This document shows positions 28,528 through 38,865 of a stretch of DNA of 64,000 nt, piece by piece. The notes under the pieces were generated by a model, which was not told where the DNA came from, searched no databases, and was given only the letters and a program-made list of their open reading frames with translations. Position numbers and translations under genes: made by a program. Source of the DNA: Rickettsiales bacterium (GTDB taxonomy: Bacteria > Pseudomonadota > Alphaproteobacteria > Methylaequorales > Methylaequoraceae); the NCBI GenBank assembly GCA_028407765.1, contig JAOOJU010000001.1, positions 14,838-78,837 of the forward strand, written 5' to 3'. Position 1 is the stretch's first letter; every line of letters begins with the position of its first letter.

Positions 28528-29232
28528 ATGTACTCAATAATATTAGCTGGAGGTTTTGGAAAGAGACTAGGAAAAATTACAAAGAAAGTCCCCAAACCTC
28601 TTCTGAAAATTGGAAAAAAACCCTTTATTTTGTATTTATTGGACTCACTTGAAAAACATGGATTTAAATATTCAATAATATGTATTCACTATTTAAAGAA
28701 ACAATTTAAAGATATTTTATCAAAAAAAACCAGTAAAATACAAACCCTCTTTTCAGAAGAAGAAACTCCATTGGGCACTGGAGGAGCCATCAAAAAAGCA
28801 TTATCTTTAGTAAGATCCTCCGAGCCAGTATTAGTACACAACGGTGATAGTTTTACAAACTTAAATTACAGAAAAGTACTTGAATCACATATAAAAAGTA
28901 AAAAAAATTTAACTATTGTTCTTAAAAAAATAAAATCATGTAAAAGGTATGGTCAGTTTATCTTTGATAAAAAATTTCAAATAAAGGAATTTGTGTATCC
29001 AGGAAAAAATGAAGCTGGTTACATTAATATTGGTGTCTATATAGTTTCTAAAGACCTTTTTAAAAAAGATGATTTATCAAAAAACTTTTCATTTGAAAGC
29101 GACTTCTTAGTCCATAAAATTTTAGAAATTAATCCAAATATTTTTATTACAGAAGATTATTTTATCGATATTGGCACTCCTAAAGATTTTAAAAGAGCAT
29201 CACTGGAACTAGAAAAAAAAATAAAATCTTAA
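28528..29232 (+). CDS. Sugar-1-phosphate nucleotidyltransferase (HddC-like)
   Basis: MYSIILAGGFGKRLGKITKKVPKPLL is the NTP-transferase signature. Confidence 0.7.
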   Translation: MYSIILAGGFGKRLGKITKKVPKPLLKIGKKPFILYLLDSLEKHGFKYSIICIHYLKKQFKDILSKKTSKIQTLFSEEETPLGTGGAIKKALSLVRSSEPVLVHNGDSFTNLNYRKVLESHIKSKKNLTIVLKKIKSCKRYGQFIFDKKFQIKEFVYPGKNEAGYINIGVYIVSKDLFKKDDLSKNFSFESDFLVHKILEINPNIFITEDYFIDIGTPKDFKRASLELEKKIKS

Positions 29233-29963
29233 TAACCGCCAGTTACAGAAATAGTCGCACCACATAAATAACTTGCTTTTTCAGATAAAAGCCAAACAAC
29301 ACTATTAGCCACATCAATTGGTTTACCTAATCTGTTCATAGGAATTACTTTTTTTTTTTTATTTAATGGTTCATCTAAAATCGGGTCATCAAACCCAATA
29401 ATTCCTGGCCTAACTATATTTATTCTAATATTATTTTTTGAAAATTCCTTAGCACTACTCTTAGATAAACTTTCAAGTGCTTGTTTGGACGCAAGATAAG
29501 CTGCTATATTGTAACCTCCTGTTTTAATTGCATTAGAGGATATATTTACAATACTTCCACCGTCTGATATTTTCATTCTTTTTATAGATTCTTTCATTAT
29601 TTCAAAACTAGCGTAAAAATTTATTTTAAAAATCTCTTCAACTTCAGGACCTTTGATATTTATAAAGGAAACTCTATTACCAGAAATTGCTGCATTATTA
29701 ACAACACTACTTAAATTATTCCACCTTTTATCTATTTCTAAAAACATAGTTTTTATCTCACTTTGATTTCTAAGATCCGCCTTTATTGGAAAAGCATCGA
29801 CACCTATTTTTTTTATAGACTGAGCTAAAAAATTAACTTTTTTAAAGTTTTGGTTATAGTGAAGAGCAATTGAAAACCCTTCTTTTGCTGCTTTTATACA
29901 AATTTCTGATCCAATATTACCAGTTGAACCAGTAACTAATAAAGTTTTATGTCTGGTTATCAT
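29229..29963 (-). CDS. Short-chain dehydrogenase/reductase
   Basis: LLVTGSTGNIGSEI and the YxxxK region. Confidence 0.7.
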   Translation of the reverse strand: MITRHKTLLVTGSTGNIGSEICIKAAKEGFSIALHYNQNFKKVNFLAQSIKKIGVDAFPIKADLRNQSEIKTMFLEIDKRWNNLSSVVNNAAISGNRVSFINIKGPEVEEIFKINFYASFEIMKESIKRMKISDGGSIVNISSNAIKTGGYNIAAYLASKQALESLSKSSAKEFSKNNIRINIVRPGIIGFDDPILDEPLNKKKKVIPMNRLGKPIDVANSVVWLLSEKASYLCGATISVTGGY

Positions 29964-30065
29964 TATTATCGAATTGAAACCATAAAAGATTATTTTAATT
30001 GTTTAAGATTTAAACTTAATAATGTTATCTTACTGATATCATTAAATTAAACGGTTTTCAAAAAA

Positions 30066-31037
30066 ATGTTAAAAAAAAAATTACTTGTTTGTGGAGCTAC
30101 GGGTTTTATAGGTAAAAATTTAGTAAAATACTTTTCCTCATTGGATGAATATGAAGTAATTGGAATATATAACAAGAAACCAAAATTTGCATGGAACAAT
30201 TTAAAATGGAAAAAAGCTGATTTAACAAATTCAAAAGACGTTCATAGAGTATTAAAAGGGATCGATATTATAGTCCAAGCAGCTGCAACAACCTCTGGTT
30301 CTAAGGATATAGTCTCAAAACCTATGATACACGTTACAGATAATGTGATTATGAATTCATTGATTTTTAGAACTGCTCACGAGAATAATGTAAAAAATGT
30401 AGTTTTCTTTAGTTGTACAGTTATGTATAGAAATAGTCAAAAACCACTTAAAGAAGACGATTTTAAACTTAATGAAGAAATTCATCCAAAATATTTTGGA
30501 GTAGGTTGGACTAAAGTATCATTGGAAAAACAATGTGAATTTTATTCTAGAATTGGAAAAACTAAATATACTGTTTTAAGACATTCAAATATATACGGAC
30601 CTGACGATAAATTTGACTTAGAAAAAAGTCATGTATGTGGCGCAACAATCACAAAGGTTTTATCTTCAGATAAAAAAGGTAAGATAAAGGTCTGGGGATC
30701 AGGTGAAGAAGAAAGAGATCTTCTTTACATCGATGACTTAGTCAACTCTGTAGGATTGGCAATAAAAAAGCAGAAAATGTCTTTCGGTCTTTTTAATGTA
30801 GGTTATGGTAAATCAATATCTATTAATAAACTTGCAGAAAAAATAATTTTACATTCAGGTTTAAAAGTTGAAATTGAACATGACAAAACGCAACCAACTA
30901 TTAAAACTTCTCTTTCACTCAATTGTTCTAAAATAAAAAAATATCTTGGTTGGGAGAGGAATATTTCGCATGATGAGGGTTTAAAAAGAACCATTCAATG
31001 GTGGAGGGAAAATTTTGAAACCAGTAAAACTAGATAA
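30066..31037 (+). CDS. NAD-dependent nucleotide-sugar epimerase/dehydratase
   Basis: LLVCGATGFIGKNL and 323 aa length. Confidence 0.7.
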   Translation: MLKKKLLVCGATGFIGKNLVKYFSSLDEYEVIGIYNKKPKFAWNNLKWKKADLTNSKDVHRVLKGIDIIVQAAATTSGSKDIVSKPMIHVTDNVIMNSLIFRTAHENNVKNVVFFSCTVMYRNSQKPLKEDDFKLNEEIHPKYFGVGWTKVSLEKQCEFYSRIGKTKYTVLRHSNIYGPDDKFDLEKSHVCGATITKVLSSDKKGKIKVWGSGEEERDLLYIDDLVNSVGLAIKKQKMSFGLFNVGYGKSISINKLAEKIILHSGLKVEIEHDKTQPTIKTSLSLNCSKIKKYLGWERNISHDEGLKRTIQWWRENFETSKTR

Positions 31038-31076
31038 GTCTTTTGAAAACAAAGTTTATCTCTAAAAGGATATATT

Positions 31077-32165
31077 ATGAAAAAAAAGATTGAAGATGGA
31101 TCAAACACCTTATCTCTATTAGATTATGAATTATTATACACTAATGGGTTTTTTAATTCTATTATTGCAAAATCATTTGCAAAAAATCCTCTGAGTATTA
31201 TTGATGTCGGAGCAAGATGGGGTATTAACCAGATGTTTGAACCTATTGCAGGAGTCACACATGCTCTTTCATTCGAACCAGACCCTATTGAATCAGAACT
31301 AATAACTGAAAAAGAAGAGAGAAAAGGAATCTGGTTTAAAAGTGAAGTTTTACCATATGCACTTAGTGATAGAAATGAAGAAATAAAACTCTATTTACTT
31401 AAAAGACCAAATAATAGCTCTATTTTTAAGGTAAAAAAGCAGGTTTATAATAGATATAAGCTTAGGGGATTTGAGCTTGAAAAAGAAATAATAGTTCCAG
31501 CAATAACACTAGATAATTTTTTTCTAAAACAAAAAAAGGTATCTCCTAACCTTGGTGAAATAATAAAACTGGATACACAAGGTGCAGAACATAAGATTTT
31601 AAAAGGAGCCAAAAATGTAATAAAAAATAATACAATGTGTATTATTTGCGAAGTTTCCTTTTTTTCCCCTTATGAAAAGGCAAGTAGTTTAACTGATATT
31701 ATTGATACCTTAAAATCAATGGGTTTTCATCTATATGGTTTTCTTGATTATAAATTTCGTTCTACGAAAAGGTTCAATAAAAAGAATAGTATTGGAAGGG
31801 AGAGATTAATGCAGGCAGACGCAGTATTCTTTAAAGATCCATTTGAAAAAAAAAATAAGTTGATAAAAGAAAGTGATAGAAAGAAAGAAGTTATATTTAT
31901 AGCATCATTGTTATTGGGTTATTTTGATTTTTCTTGTGAAATTCTAGAATCTTTGAGTTATTCTTCGGTTGAAAAGAAAACTCTCAGGATATTAATAAAT
32001 AATTTAGCGTTCAAGGACTTATCTTATATAAAAAAGGAAACTAAAAAACTACAGAGTTATCTGAATAGTAACGATAAAAAAGCATTTCTAGAACTGGGAA
32101 AAATTACTGATAGTAGGAGAGATTTTTTTTCTTATCATGATTTATATGTAAACTATGAAGAATAA
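31077..32165 (+). CDS. FkbM-family methyltransferase-like protein
   Basis: IIDVGARWGINQMFEP is an FkbM-type motif. Length is 362 aa. Confidence 0.5.
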   Translation: MKKKIEDGSNTLSLLDYELLYTNGFFNSIIAKSFAKNPLSIIDVGARWGINQMFEPIAGVTHALSFEPDPIESELITEKEERKGIWFKSEVLPYALSDRNEEIKLYLLKRPNNSSIFKVKKQVYNRYKLRGFELEKEIIVPAITLDNFFLKQKKVSPNLGEIIKLDTQGAEHKILKGAKNVIKNNTMCIICEVSFFSPYEKASSLTDIIDTLKSMGFHLYGFLDYKFRSTKRFNKKNSIGRERLMQADAVFFKDPFEKKNKLIKESDRKKEVIFIASLLLGYFDFSCEILESLSYSSVEKKTLRILINNLAFKDLSYIKKETKKLQSYLNSNDKKAFLELGKITDSRRDFFSYHDLYVNYEE

Positions 32166-32228
32166 AAAGTATTTTTTTTTATTAAAACTTTATATGGATA
32201 ATATAATTTAAATATGGTTTTTCATTAA

Positions 32229-34037
32229 ATGAGATTAAATCATTTGAAAGAAATTTGGAGTCTTCTACTTTTTAAAGAGAAGAGATCTTTTGTTTTTGTT
32301 ATTTTTCTTTCATTAATCCTTCCATTTGTTGAACTTTTTGGAATAGGTTCGGTTTTTGTTTTTGTAGATATAATTCTTAATCCTACAAATATTGAAAATT
32401 CAAAAATTATGTCAAAGTTAAATGAATTTTTAGAAATTAAAGATCAAAAAAAATTAATTACTATTCTTGGTTTTCTTGTAATTATATCGCTTATTATAAG
32501 AAATGTTTTTATTGCATTTAATTTATGGATGGTAACGAGTTTTTCCTTAAATGTGTCAGCTGGTTTGTCATCAAGATTATTAATTAGTTATTTAAAGTTT
32601 CCCTATCATTTTTTCATGGAAAATAATCATGCCGTTCTTCTAAAAAACATAAATACTGAAGCACAGTTGGTTGCTACGGGTTTCCTCATTCCATTACTTA
32701 AAATCTTATCTGGAAGTTTTGTATTTATTGTAATTTTCATAAGCCTACTTTTTTATAATTTCAATTCAACAATAATAATTTTCTCAACATTAGGAATTAT
32801 TTATTTTGTAGTTTATTATCTTTCAAAAAAGGTTTTTACGCAATATGGTAAAGAACGATTTGAATTAAATCAAAAAAGATTTGAATATACCTCACAATTA
32901 ATTAGTGGTATACAGGAAATAAAAGTCCTTGGTAGAGAAAATCTTTTTTATAAAAAATGTAAAAAAATTTTTTTCAAAATTGCAGCTCTTGCAATTAAAA
33001 CATCCATTGTTCCAAGATTGCCAAGGCTTGTAATGGAAATACTAATATTTGGCGGCATAGTATTGTTAACTTTATATAAGTTTTCTTATGATGCCAGTTC
33101 AATTGATCAATCAACGATAAGTTTGATTGCTTTATTTGGAATGTCCAGTTATAGATTAATGCCTTATTTGGACGGTTTATTTTTAGCTTTAACACAAATA
33201 AAATTAAATAGCACAGTAGTAGATGTAATGAAAAAACATCTAAAAGACCCTGAAAAAAATAGTTTATCTCCAGGAAAGAGAAATGTTATACCTTTAAAGA
33301 AAAGTGTATCACTGAATGGAGTTTTTTTTAAATATAGAAATAGGAAAAAATCTTCTTTAGAAAAACTTGACTTAGAAATAAAATATGGGAAATCCGTGGC
33401 ATTAGTTGGTCCTACAGGTTCTGGGAAGTCAACGATAATAAATCTCCTTTTAGGTCTTTATTTACCAGACAAAGGCACATTAAAAGTTGATCAAAAAAAG
33501 ATTGATAAATCTAATGTTCGTTCATGGCAAAAATCAATTGGTTTTGTTCCTCAAGAGATATATTTAAGCGATGAAATTGTAAAAAATAATATTGCATTTG
33601 GTATTCCTGATCATGAAATCGATATGGAAAGAGTTATTCAAACCTCAAAAATGGCAGGTATATATGATTTTATTTCAAATGAACTACCAGAAAAATTTAA
33701 TACATTAATTGGTGAAAGAGGTTCAAGAATTAGTGGAGGTCAAAAACAAAGAATCGGAATTGCCCGAGCATTATACCATGATCCCTCTTTTATTGTTTTT
33801 GATGAAGCTACAAGTTCATTGGATAATATAACAGAAAGATTAATCTCTGAAACAGTTTTCAAAACATTTAAGGATAAAACTATAATCATGGTGGCTCATA
33901 GAATTTCCACAATTAAAAATTGTGATTTAATTTATGTTATTAATAAGGGAGCAGTTGAAGCTAAGGGAAGCTATGACCAACTTCTAAAAAACAGCGATCT
34001 ATTTAAAAATATTGTGCTGGGGAAGAAAAAAATATAA
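32229..34037 (+). CDS. ABC exporter, fused permease/ATPase (MsbA/glycan-flippase type)
   Basis: Six N-terminal TM helices, Walker A GPTGSGKST, ABC signature LSGGQKQRIGIARAL and Walker B IVFDEATS. Confidence 0.8.
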   Translation: MRLNHLKEIWSLLLFKEKRSFVFVIFLSLILPFVELFGIGSVFVFVDIILNPTNIENSKIMSKLNEFLEIKDQKKLITILGFLVIISLIIRNVFIAFNLWMVTSFSLNVSAGLSSRLLISYLKFPYHFFMENNHAVLLKNINTEAQLVATGFLIPLLKILSGSFVFIVIFISLLFYNFNSTIIIFSTLGIIYFVVYYLSKKVFTQYGKERFELNQKRFEYTSQLISGIQEIKVLGRENLFYKKCKKIFFKIAALAIKTSIVPRLPRLVMEILIFGGIVLLTLYKFSYDASSIDQSTISLIALFGMSSYRLMPYLDGLFLALTQIKLNSTVVDVMKKHLKDPEKNSLSPGKRNVIPLKKSVSLNGVFFKYRNRKKSSLEKLDLEIKYGKSVALVGPTGSGKSTIINLLLGLYLPDKGTLKVDQKKIDKSNVRSWQKSIGFVPQEIYLSDEIVKNNIAFGIPDHEIDMERVIQTSKMAGIYDFISNELPEKFNTLIGERGSRISGGQKQRIGIARALYHDPSFIVFDEATSSLDNITERLISETVFKTFKDKTIIMVAHRISTIKNCDLIYVINKGAVEAKGSYDQLLKNSDLFKNIVLGKKKI

Positions 34038-34106
34038 ATTTTATTTTTTAATACAATTTCATTAAAATCATAAGATGATTTTTTATTAATAATAGTCAGA
34101 ATAGAT

Positions 34107-35039
34107 ATGTTAGTTAAATTTTTAAAATTATTTAAGAAAGATTTATTATTCCAAAAAATAGATCAAAAATTTAAGAGTCTATTTCCGGACACCTTTATTG
34201 GGCAACAGATATATTTTAATTTCTCAAAGATTTTTAATTATTACTCTTACAATAAGCGAAAAAGTATCTTTAAGAAAAAATTCTCTGATATTCCTGACGG
34301 CTTGAGTATTTTAGATTATGAGGGATATAAAATAAATAAATTAGGAGATGATTTTTCTAAAGAAATTTTAAAAAAAATAAATTTAAAAAAAATTATTGAC
34401 CCGAATTTAAATTTCAAGAAAGACTTCTTAAAAAACTACCCTATAGACATCTTATCAAAAGATTTTGCAGGGCTAAAAAAATTAGTTATTTCTCATGATT
34501 TTATAGCTCCTATCATAAATTATCTTGGATCAGTCCCTTTGTTGTGGACTTGTGAGGTATGGGTATCACCTAACAAGTCCTTTGAAACTGGTAGAAGTCA
34601 AGAATTTCACCTAGATGGAGAGGATATTAGACAAGTAAAATGTTTCATTCCTCTTGAAGATATCACAGAAGATTCTGGACCATTAAATATAATTAACGCA
34701 GAAAATACAAAAAATATCTTCAACAAACTTCAAAATGCTAAGAAAATAAATTTTAGACATCAAAAAGTTTCTGATGAAGATATGTATAAAGTAACCAGCA
34801 AGAAGAATACAGTTACCCTTTTAGCAAAAAAGGGAGATGTCATCATGTTGGATACCTCAAGGTGTTATCATTATGGTAGTCGTCCTGGTAAAAAAATAAG
34901 AAAGTTACTTTTTCTTCAATTTTTTTCAATTAATTCAAAAAAACTTTCTATTTTCCAAAATTTCCACAATAACAAATACAATAACATAGAAGGAAATATT
35001 TTCTTATTCCAGAAATTAAACCATAATACAACAAATTAA
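34107..35039 (+). CDS. Hypothetical protein, PhyH-like Fe(II)/2OG oxygenase candidate
   Basis: QEFHLDGED (HxD) and distal CYHYGSRP. The call is weak. Confidence 0.3.
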   Translation: MLVKFLKLFKKDLLFQKIDQKFKSLFPDTFIGQQIYFNFSKIFNYYSYNKRKSIFKKKFSDIPDGLSILDYEGYKINKLGDDFSKEILKKINLKKIIDPNLNFKKDFLKNYPIDILSKDFAGLKKLVISHDFIAPIINYLGSVPLLWTCEVWVSPNKSFETGRSQEFHLDGEDIRQVKCFIPLEDITEDSGPLNIINAENTKNIFNKLQNAKKINFRHQKVSDEDMYKVTSKKNTVTLLAKKGDVIMLDTSRCYHYGSRPGKKIRKLLFLQFFSINSKKLSIFQNFHNNKYNNIEGNIFLFQKLNHNTTN

Positions 35040-35095
35040 CTTGATTATTATAATTAAATAACTAATTAAACTAAAAATAACTATAGGAAAAAATA

Positions 35096-35251
35096 ATGAA
35101 TAATTTAATAAAATACTTAGCATTAATTTTTTTCATTTCTTTAGGTTCTTCTCAGGTTATTGCAAACCATTGTTCAGGTGGACATGATAAATCTACCGAA
35201 ACATCAACCACTACCTCAGAAGATAGCGAAGATAGTGAGAAAAAAGAATAA
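35096..35251 (+). CDS. Small secreted peptide (51 aa) with HCSGGHD motif and acidic S/T/E/D-rich tail; not in ORF track
   Basis: Hand translation gives MNNLIKYLALIFFISLGSSQVIANHCSGGHDKSTETSTTTSEDSEDSEKKE. It has a signal peptide and sits after an RBS-like aggaaaaaataATG. Confidence 0.25.
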   Translation: MNNLIKYLALIFFISLGSSQVIANHCSGGHDKSTETSTTTSEDSEDSEKKE

Positions 35252-35280
35252 ATTAATAAGATTATCGGAATAATTAAATA

Positions 35281-35799
35281 TTAATTATTCCGATGAATTT
35301 CTTTAACATACTTATCCTCAAAAAACTCACCTGATAACTTCCTTCCATCTGTATATAACAGTGTGCCGAGACCATTCCTTTTTCCGTCACTCCAGTCTCC
35401 CTCATAAATTACTCCGTCTGGATAAGTGTAAACTCCGTTACCATGTTTTTTACCATTTTGAAATTCTCCTTCATATTTAGAACCGTGAGCAAAACAGATA
35501 AATATTCCAATTCCGTGCTCTTTTCCGAACTTAAAGCCACCAGAATAAACAGCACCGTCTGAATAAGTCAAAGTTCCTTTCCCATGAGGCAAACCATCTT
35601 TAAATTCTCCTACATATGCTGTAAGATCTTTTGTGATAACCGCTCTACAATTATTCCATTTAGATGTTTGAGTTCCCTCACATTTCATAGATTTTGATTC
35701 TAAAAAATTATTTGAATTTAATAATACTAATATTAGTAAAGTTAATTTATACATCTGAAATTTTTCAATTTTTTTTATAGTTAATAATATTGTAGTCAC
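35281..35799 (-). CDS. Secreted MORN-repeat protein
   Basis: Signal peptide and repeated YxGxxxxGxxHGxG units (YVGEFKDGLPHGKG, YEGEFQNGKKHGNG, YEGDWSDGKRNGLG). Confidence 0.7.
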   Translation of the reverse strand: MTTILLTIKKIEKFQMYKLTLLILVLLNSNNFLESKSMKCEGTQTSKWNNCRAVITKDLTAYVGEFKDGLPHGKGTLTYSDGAVYSGGFKFGKEHGIGIFICFAHGSKYEGEFQNGKKHGNGVYTYPDGVIYEGDWSDGKRNGLGTLLYTDGRKLSGEFFEDKYVKEIHRNN

Positions 35800-36057
35800 T
35801 AGTCAATATTTGTTTTTAAAACTTATCTGATATATTAATAAAATATGAATAATTTAGTCAGTTTTTATTAAGACTAAGCATTGTAACTTAAATATCTATT
35901 TTAAATCAAGAGATCCTGATGGTTAAGAATATTGCAATAATTAGTTAAATTTTGTTTCATCGAAAATAAATTCTTGAGCGCATTGTTAGAAATGAAGAAG
36001 ATTAATCATTGATCATAAAGCTTGACTCAATTCTCTGGCTTTTTAAATTGAAATATT

Positions 36058-36324
36058 ATGAAGTTATTTTTGTTTTTAATTATTTTATCAAATCTATGTT
36101 TTTATAGTTCAACAGTAAATTCAAGTATTTCGGATATAAGAAAGTATGAAAAACTAAATATTTACGATGAGAAAACGTTTTCTTCTGGTCCGATGGGTAT
36201 AGGATTAACTAAGTCTTACAAAATAGAAGAAAAATTAGTTTGTATTTACAGTACTGTTACCGGTCAAAAAGAAATAGAAATTAAGCATAAGCAAATTAGT
36301 TGTCCAAAAGAATTACCAAAATAA
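36058..36324 (+). CDS. Small secreted hypothetical protein
   Basis: Signal peptide. No recognisable domain. Confidence 0.3.
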   Translation: MKLFLFLIILSNLCFYSSTVNSSISDIRKYEKLNIYDEKTFSSGPMGIGLTKSYKIEEKLVCIYSTVTGQKEIEIKHKQISCPKELPK

Positions 36325-36346
36325 TTTTTTTATATTTAAAATTTCA

Positions 36347-36745
36347 ATGACTAAAAATATTTCAATTTTACTAATAAAACTACTGCTCTTGTTATGTTTT
36401 GTTGATACACAATCAAAAAATGACAGTTTAAAACCTATTATTTGTGCTGATTCGATTGGACCAAGGTTAATATTTCAGGTTCCTTTTTTTAAGAATCCAG
36501 ATCAAGAAGAAACTTTTTTTTTAAAATATTATGATTTAAAAAATCGAAATAACTTTGAAAAATTGGACGGAAAAATATTTAAAAGAAAAAGATCTAAGAA
36601 TTCTACTTATTTTTTTTATGATGGATATTTTTTTCTGGACAAAAAAAAGTCAGAAAAGAAACATTTTAGATTCTTTCCTCCATCAACTTTGATGTTAGAT
36701 GTTATTATTTCTTCATCAGATACCCTAGCATGTTGGGAAGAGTAG
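36347..36745 (+). CDS. Secreted hypothetical protein
   Basis: Signal peptide. No recognisable domain. Confidence 0.3.
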   Translation: MTKNISILLIKLLLLLCFVDTQSKNDSLKPIICADSIGPRLIFQVPFFKNPDQEETFFLKYYDLKNRNNFEKLDGKIFKRKRSKNSTYFFYDGYFFLDKKKSEKKHFRFFPPSTLMLDVIISSSDTLACWEE

Positions 36746-36894
36746 TTATGTAAGTTAATTACATTAGAAATATTACAATTTTTTGGTAATTTTATAAAAA
36801 AATTCATTCCAAACACAGTAAAAATAAAAAGAAAAGGTTGTTAAATTAAAATTGAACTGTATATATTAATAGGTCATTTCTGAAATTTTTAGAT

Positions 36895-37245
36895 TTGAAC
36901 TGGAGTAACTTTTTTGTGGAGGAAATTTTGAAAAACATACTTTTCGGAGTTGTTTGCTTGGCTTTATTTTCACTTTCTAATATTGCGTTAGGCGGGGATA
37001 TTACAGCCGGAGAAAAAAGATATGCACAAAATTGTGGTAACTGTCATGGACCAGCAGGTATGGGACTAGCTAGTTACCCTAAAATCTCCGGCAAAGAAGT
37101 CCCTTATCTTGTTGATAGATTAAAGACTTACAGAGCTGGAAAAAAGATTGGTCCAAATTCAAGTTTAATGATCATGATGGCAGGTGTGTTATCTGATGAC
37201 GAAATTTCAAATCTGGCTGCATACTTATCAAGTGTGCAAAATTAA
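36895..37245 (+). CDS. Class I c-type cytochrome (c551/c552-like)
   Basis: Single CGNCHG heme-binding motif (CxxCH), a distal Met region and a signal/TM segment. Confidence 0.75.
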   Translation: MNWSNFFVEEILKNILFGVVCLALFSLSNIALGGDITAGEKRYAQNCGNCHGPAGMGLASYPKISGKEVPYLVDRLKTYRAGKKIGPNSSLMIMMAGVLSDDEISNLAAYLSSVQN

Positions 37246-37276
37246 CTTTAACACAACTAAGGAGGATTAATATTTT

Positions 37277-38587
37277 ATGTCTATAAAATTGAAATCAAAA
37301 CTTTTGTCAGCAGTCGTAGTTTCGGCGGCGGCATTGTTCTCATCAGCTGCAAGTGCAGACACTATGGGAACTCCTAAAATTAGTGCGATGTCTATATTAA
37401 ATGGGTTAGAAAACCCATGGGATATGGCTTTTACAAGCGCTGGTGACATGTTTTATACTGAAAAATGTAAAGGTCTTTCAGTAAAAACTAAATCTGGTTC
37501 AGTTAATGCTTTAGCTGGCATGACAGGATCAAAAGGATATGCAAGTTCTAACGATGACCTTTTTTGTTCAGGTCAAGCTGGAATGATGGGTGTTGCATTA
37601 GACCCTAATTTCAAGAAAAATCGTAGAATTTATGTTGCTTCTACTTCTAATAAGTATCATGGAAGTGGTTGTAAAGACAATTTCTCAAAGTGTGATGGTA
37701 ACATCATTATGAGATTCGAAGTCAGCAAAGATATGAAAAGTGTATCAAATCGTACTGACATCGTAAAAGATATCCAGTATAAGCCATTTGAATCTGACCA
37801 TCCTTTCGGTGGACCAGGTGCACATAATGGTAACAGATTGCGTTTCGGTCCTGAGGGTTACCTTTGGGCTACAACTGGCGATCGTCACAGAGGTGTAGTG
37901 CCACAATCACCAAAACTATTAGGTGGTAATGTACTTCGTATCGATACAGATGGAAATGCACATCCAAAAAACAATCCTCCGCAGGGATTTGATAAGCGTA
38001 TGTATACTTACGGACATAGAAATGTTCAGGGTATTGACTTTCGTCCAAGTGACGGACAAGCGTTCACTGCAGAGCATGGACCATGGCAAAACGACGAAAT
38101 TACTGCATTAGTAAATGGCGGTAATGGTGGTTGGGATCCACGTCCAAATGTTGGTGGTCGTGGTGATTGTCCAGACAAGTATTGTGGTTACATGCCTAAT
38201 CAAAAAGAAGGTATGCTTCCAGCTGCTCGTGCTGCATTTATGCCAATGAGTGATACTCGTTTCAAGGACTTAATGCCGCCTGCATGGAACAACAGTGGTC
38301 TATCTCAAGGAACAGGTTCAGCTGCTTTCTTAAAAGGTGGCAACTGGGGTTACTATGAAGGCCGTATGGCTGTTGGAATCATGGGAATTGGTTTCGGTGG
38401 TACACCATCTGGAATGAGAATCGACCTCGTTGACCTTGCTGCAGACGGTAAATCAGTGAAGAGTGTTGTACACTTACCAACTGGTCTTACTAAAAGATTC
38501 AGAGGACTAAGACTTGGTCCAGACGGAGCTTTATATGCAGCTGTAGATGAAGGTGAAATCTACAAAATTACTGCAACTAAGCCGTAG
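37277..38587 (+). CDS. PQQ-dependent soluble sugar (glucose/sorbosone) dehydrogenase family beta-propeller
   Basis: Signal peptide. LENPWDMAFTSAGDMFYTEK and later GPEGYLWATTGD, GHRNVQGIDF motifs match the GSDH family. Confidence 0.7.
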   Translation: MSIKLKSKLLSAVVVSAAALFSSAASADTMGTPKISAMSILNGLENPWDMAFTSAGDMFYTEKCKGLSVKTKSGSVNALAGMTGSKGYASSNDDLFCSGQAGMMGVALDPNFKKNRRIYVASTSNKYHGSGCKDNFSKCDGNIIMRFEVSKDMKSVSNRTDIVKDIQYKPFESDHPFGGPGAHNGNRLRFGPEGYLWATTGDRHRGVVPQSPKLLGGNVLRIDTDGNAHPKNNPPQGFDKRMYTYGHRNVQGIDFRPSDGQAFTAEHGPWQNDEITALVNGGNGGWDPRPNVGGRGDCPDKYCGYMPNQKEGMLPAARAAFMPMSDTRFKDLMPPAWNNSGLSQGTGSAAFLKGGNWGYYEGRMAVGIMGIGFGGTPSGMRIDLVDLAADGKSVKSVVHLPTGLTKRFRGLRLGPDGALYAAVDEGEIYKITATKP

Positions 38588-38596
38588 TTAAATATA

Positions 38597-38627
38597 ATCG
38601 CGTCGTTTATTCGGCGCGATTTTTTTA
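38597..38627 (+). terminator. Rho-independent terminator after the PQQ-dehydrogenase gene
   Basis: atcgcgtcg-tttatt-cggcgcgat hairpin with one mismatch, followed by a T7 run. Confidence 0.5.
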
Positions 38628-38865
38628 TTCTTTTATTCTCTCCCTTTCCGGAATTCTTTTAAAACCAGATTACTACGTTTTATTCTTAATTAAAGTTAAT
38701 TTAAATAAGTATTATCTAAAATTCTTTACACTATGTATTTCTAGATATTTATTTAATATTGAAGCTTATTAATCAGAATGCCTCTATGCTTTCTTTACTA
38801 TTTGAAAAAAAATGTAGTACCTTATTTGCATAAATCCATTATAATTCTTATTCATAATGAGTTAA

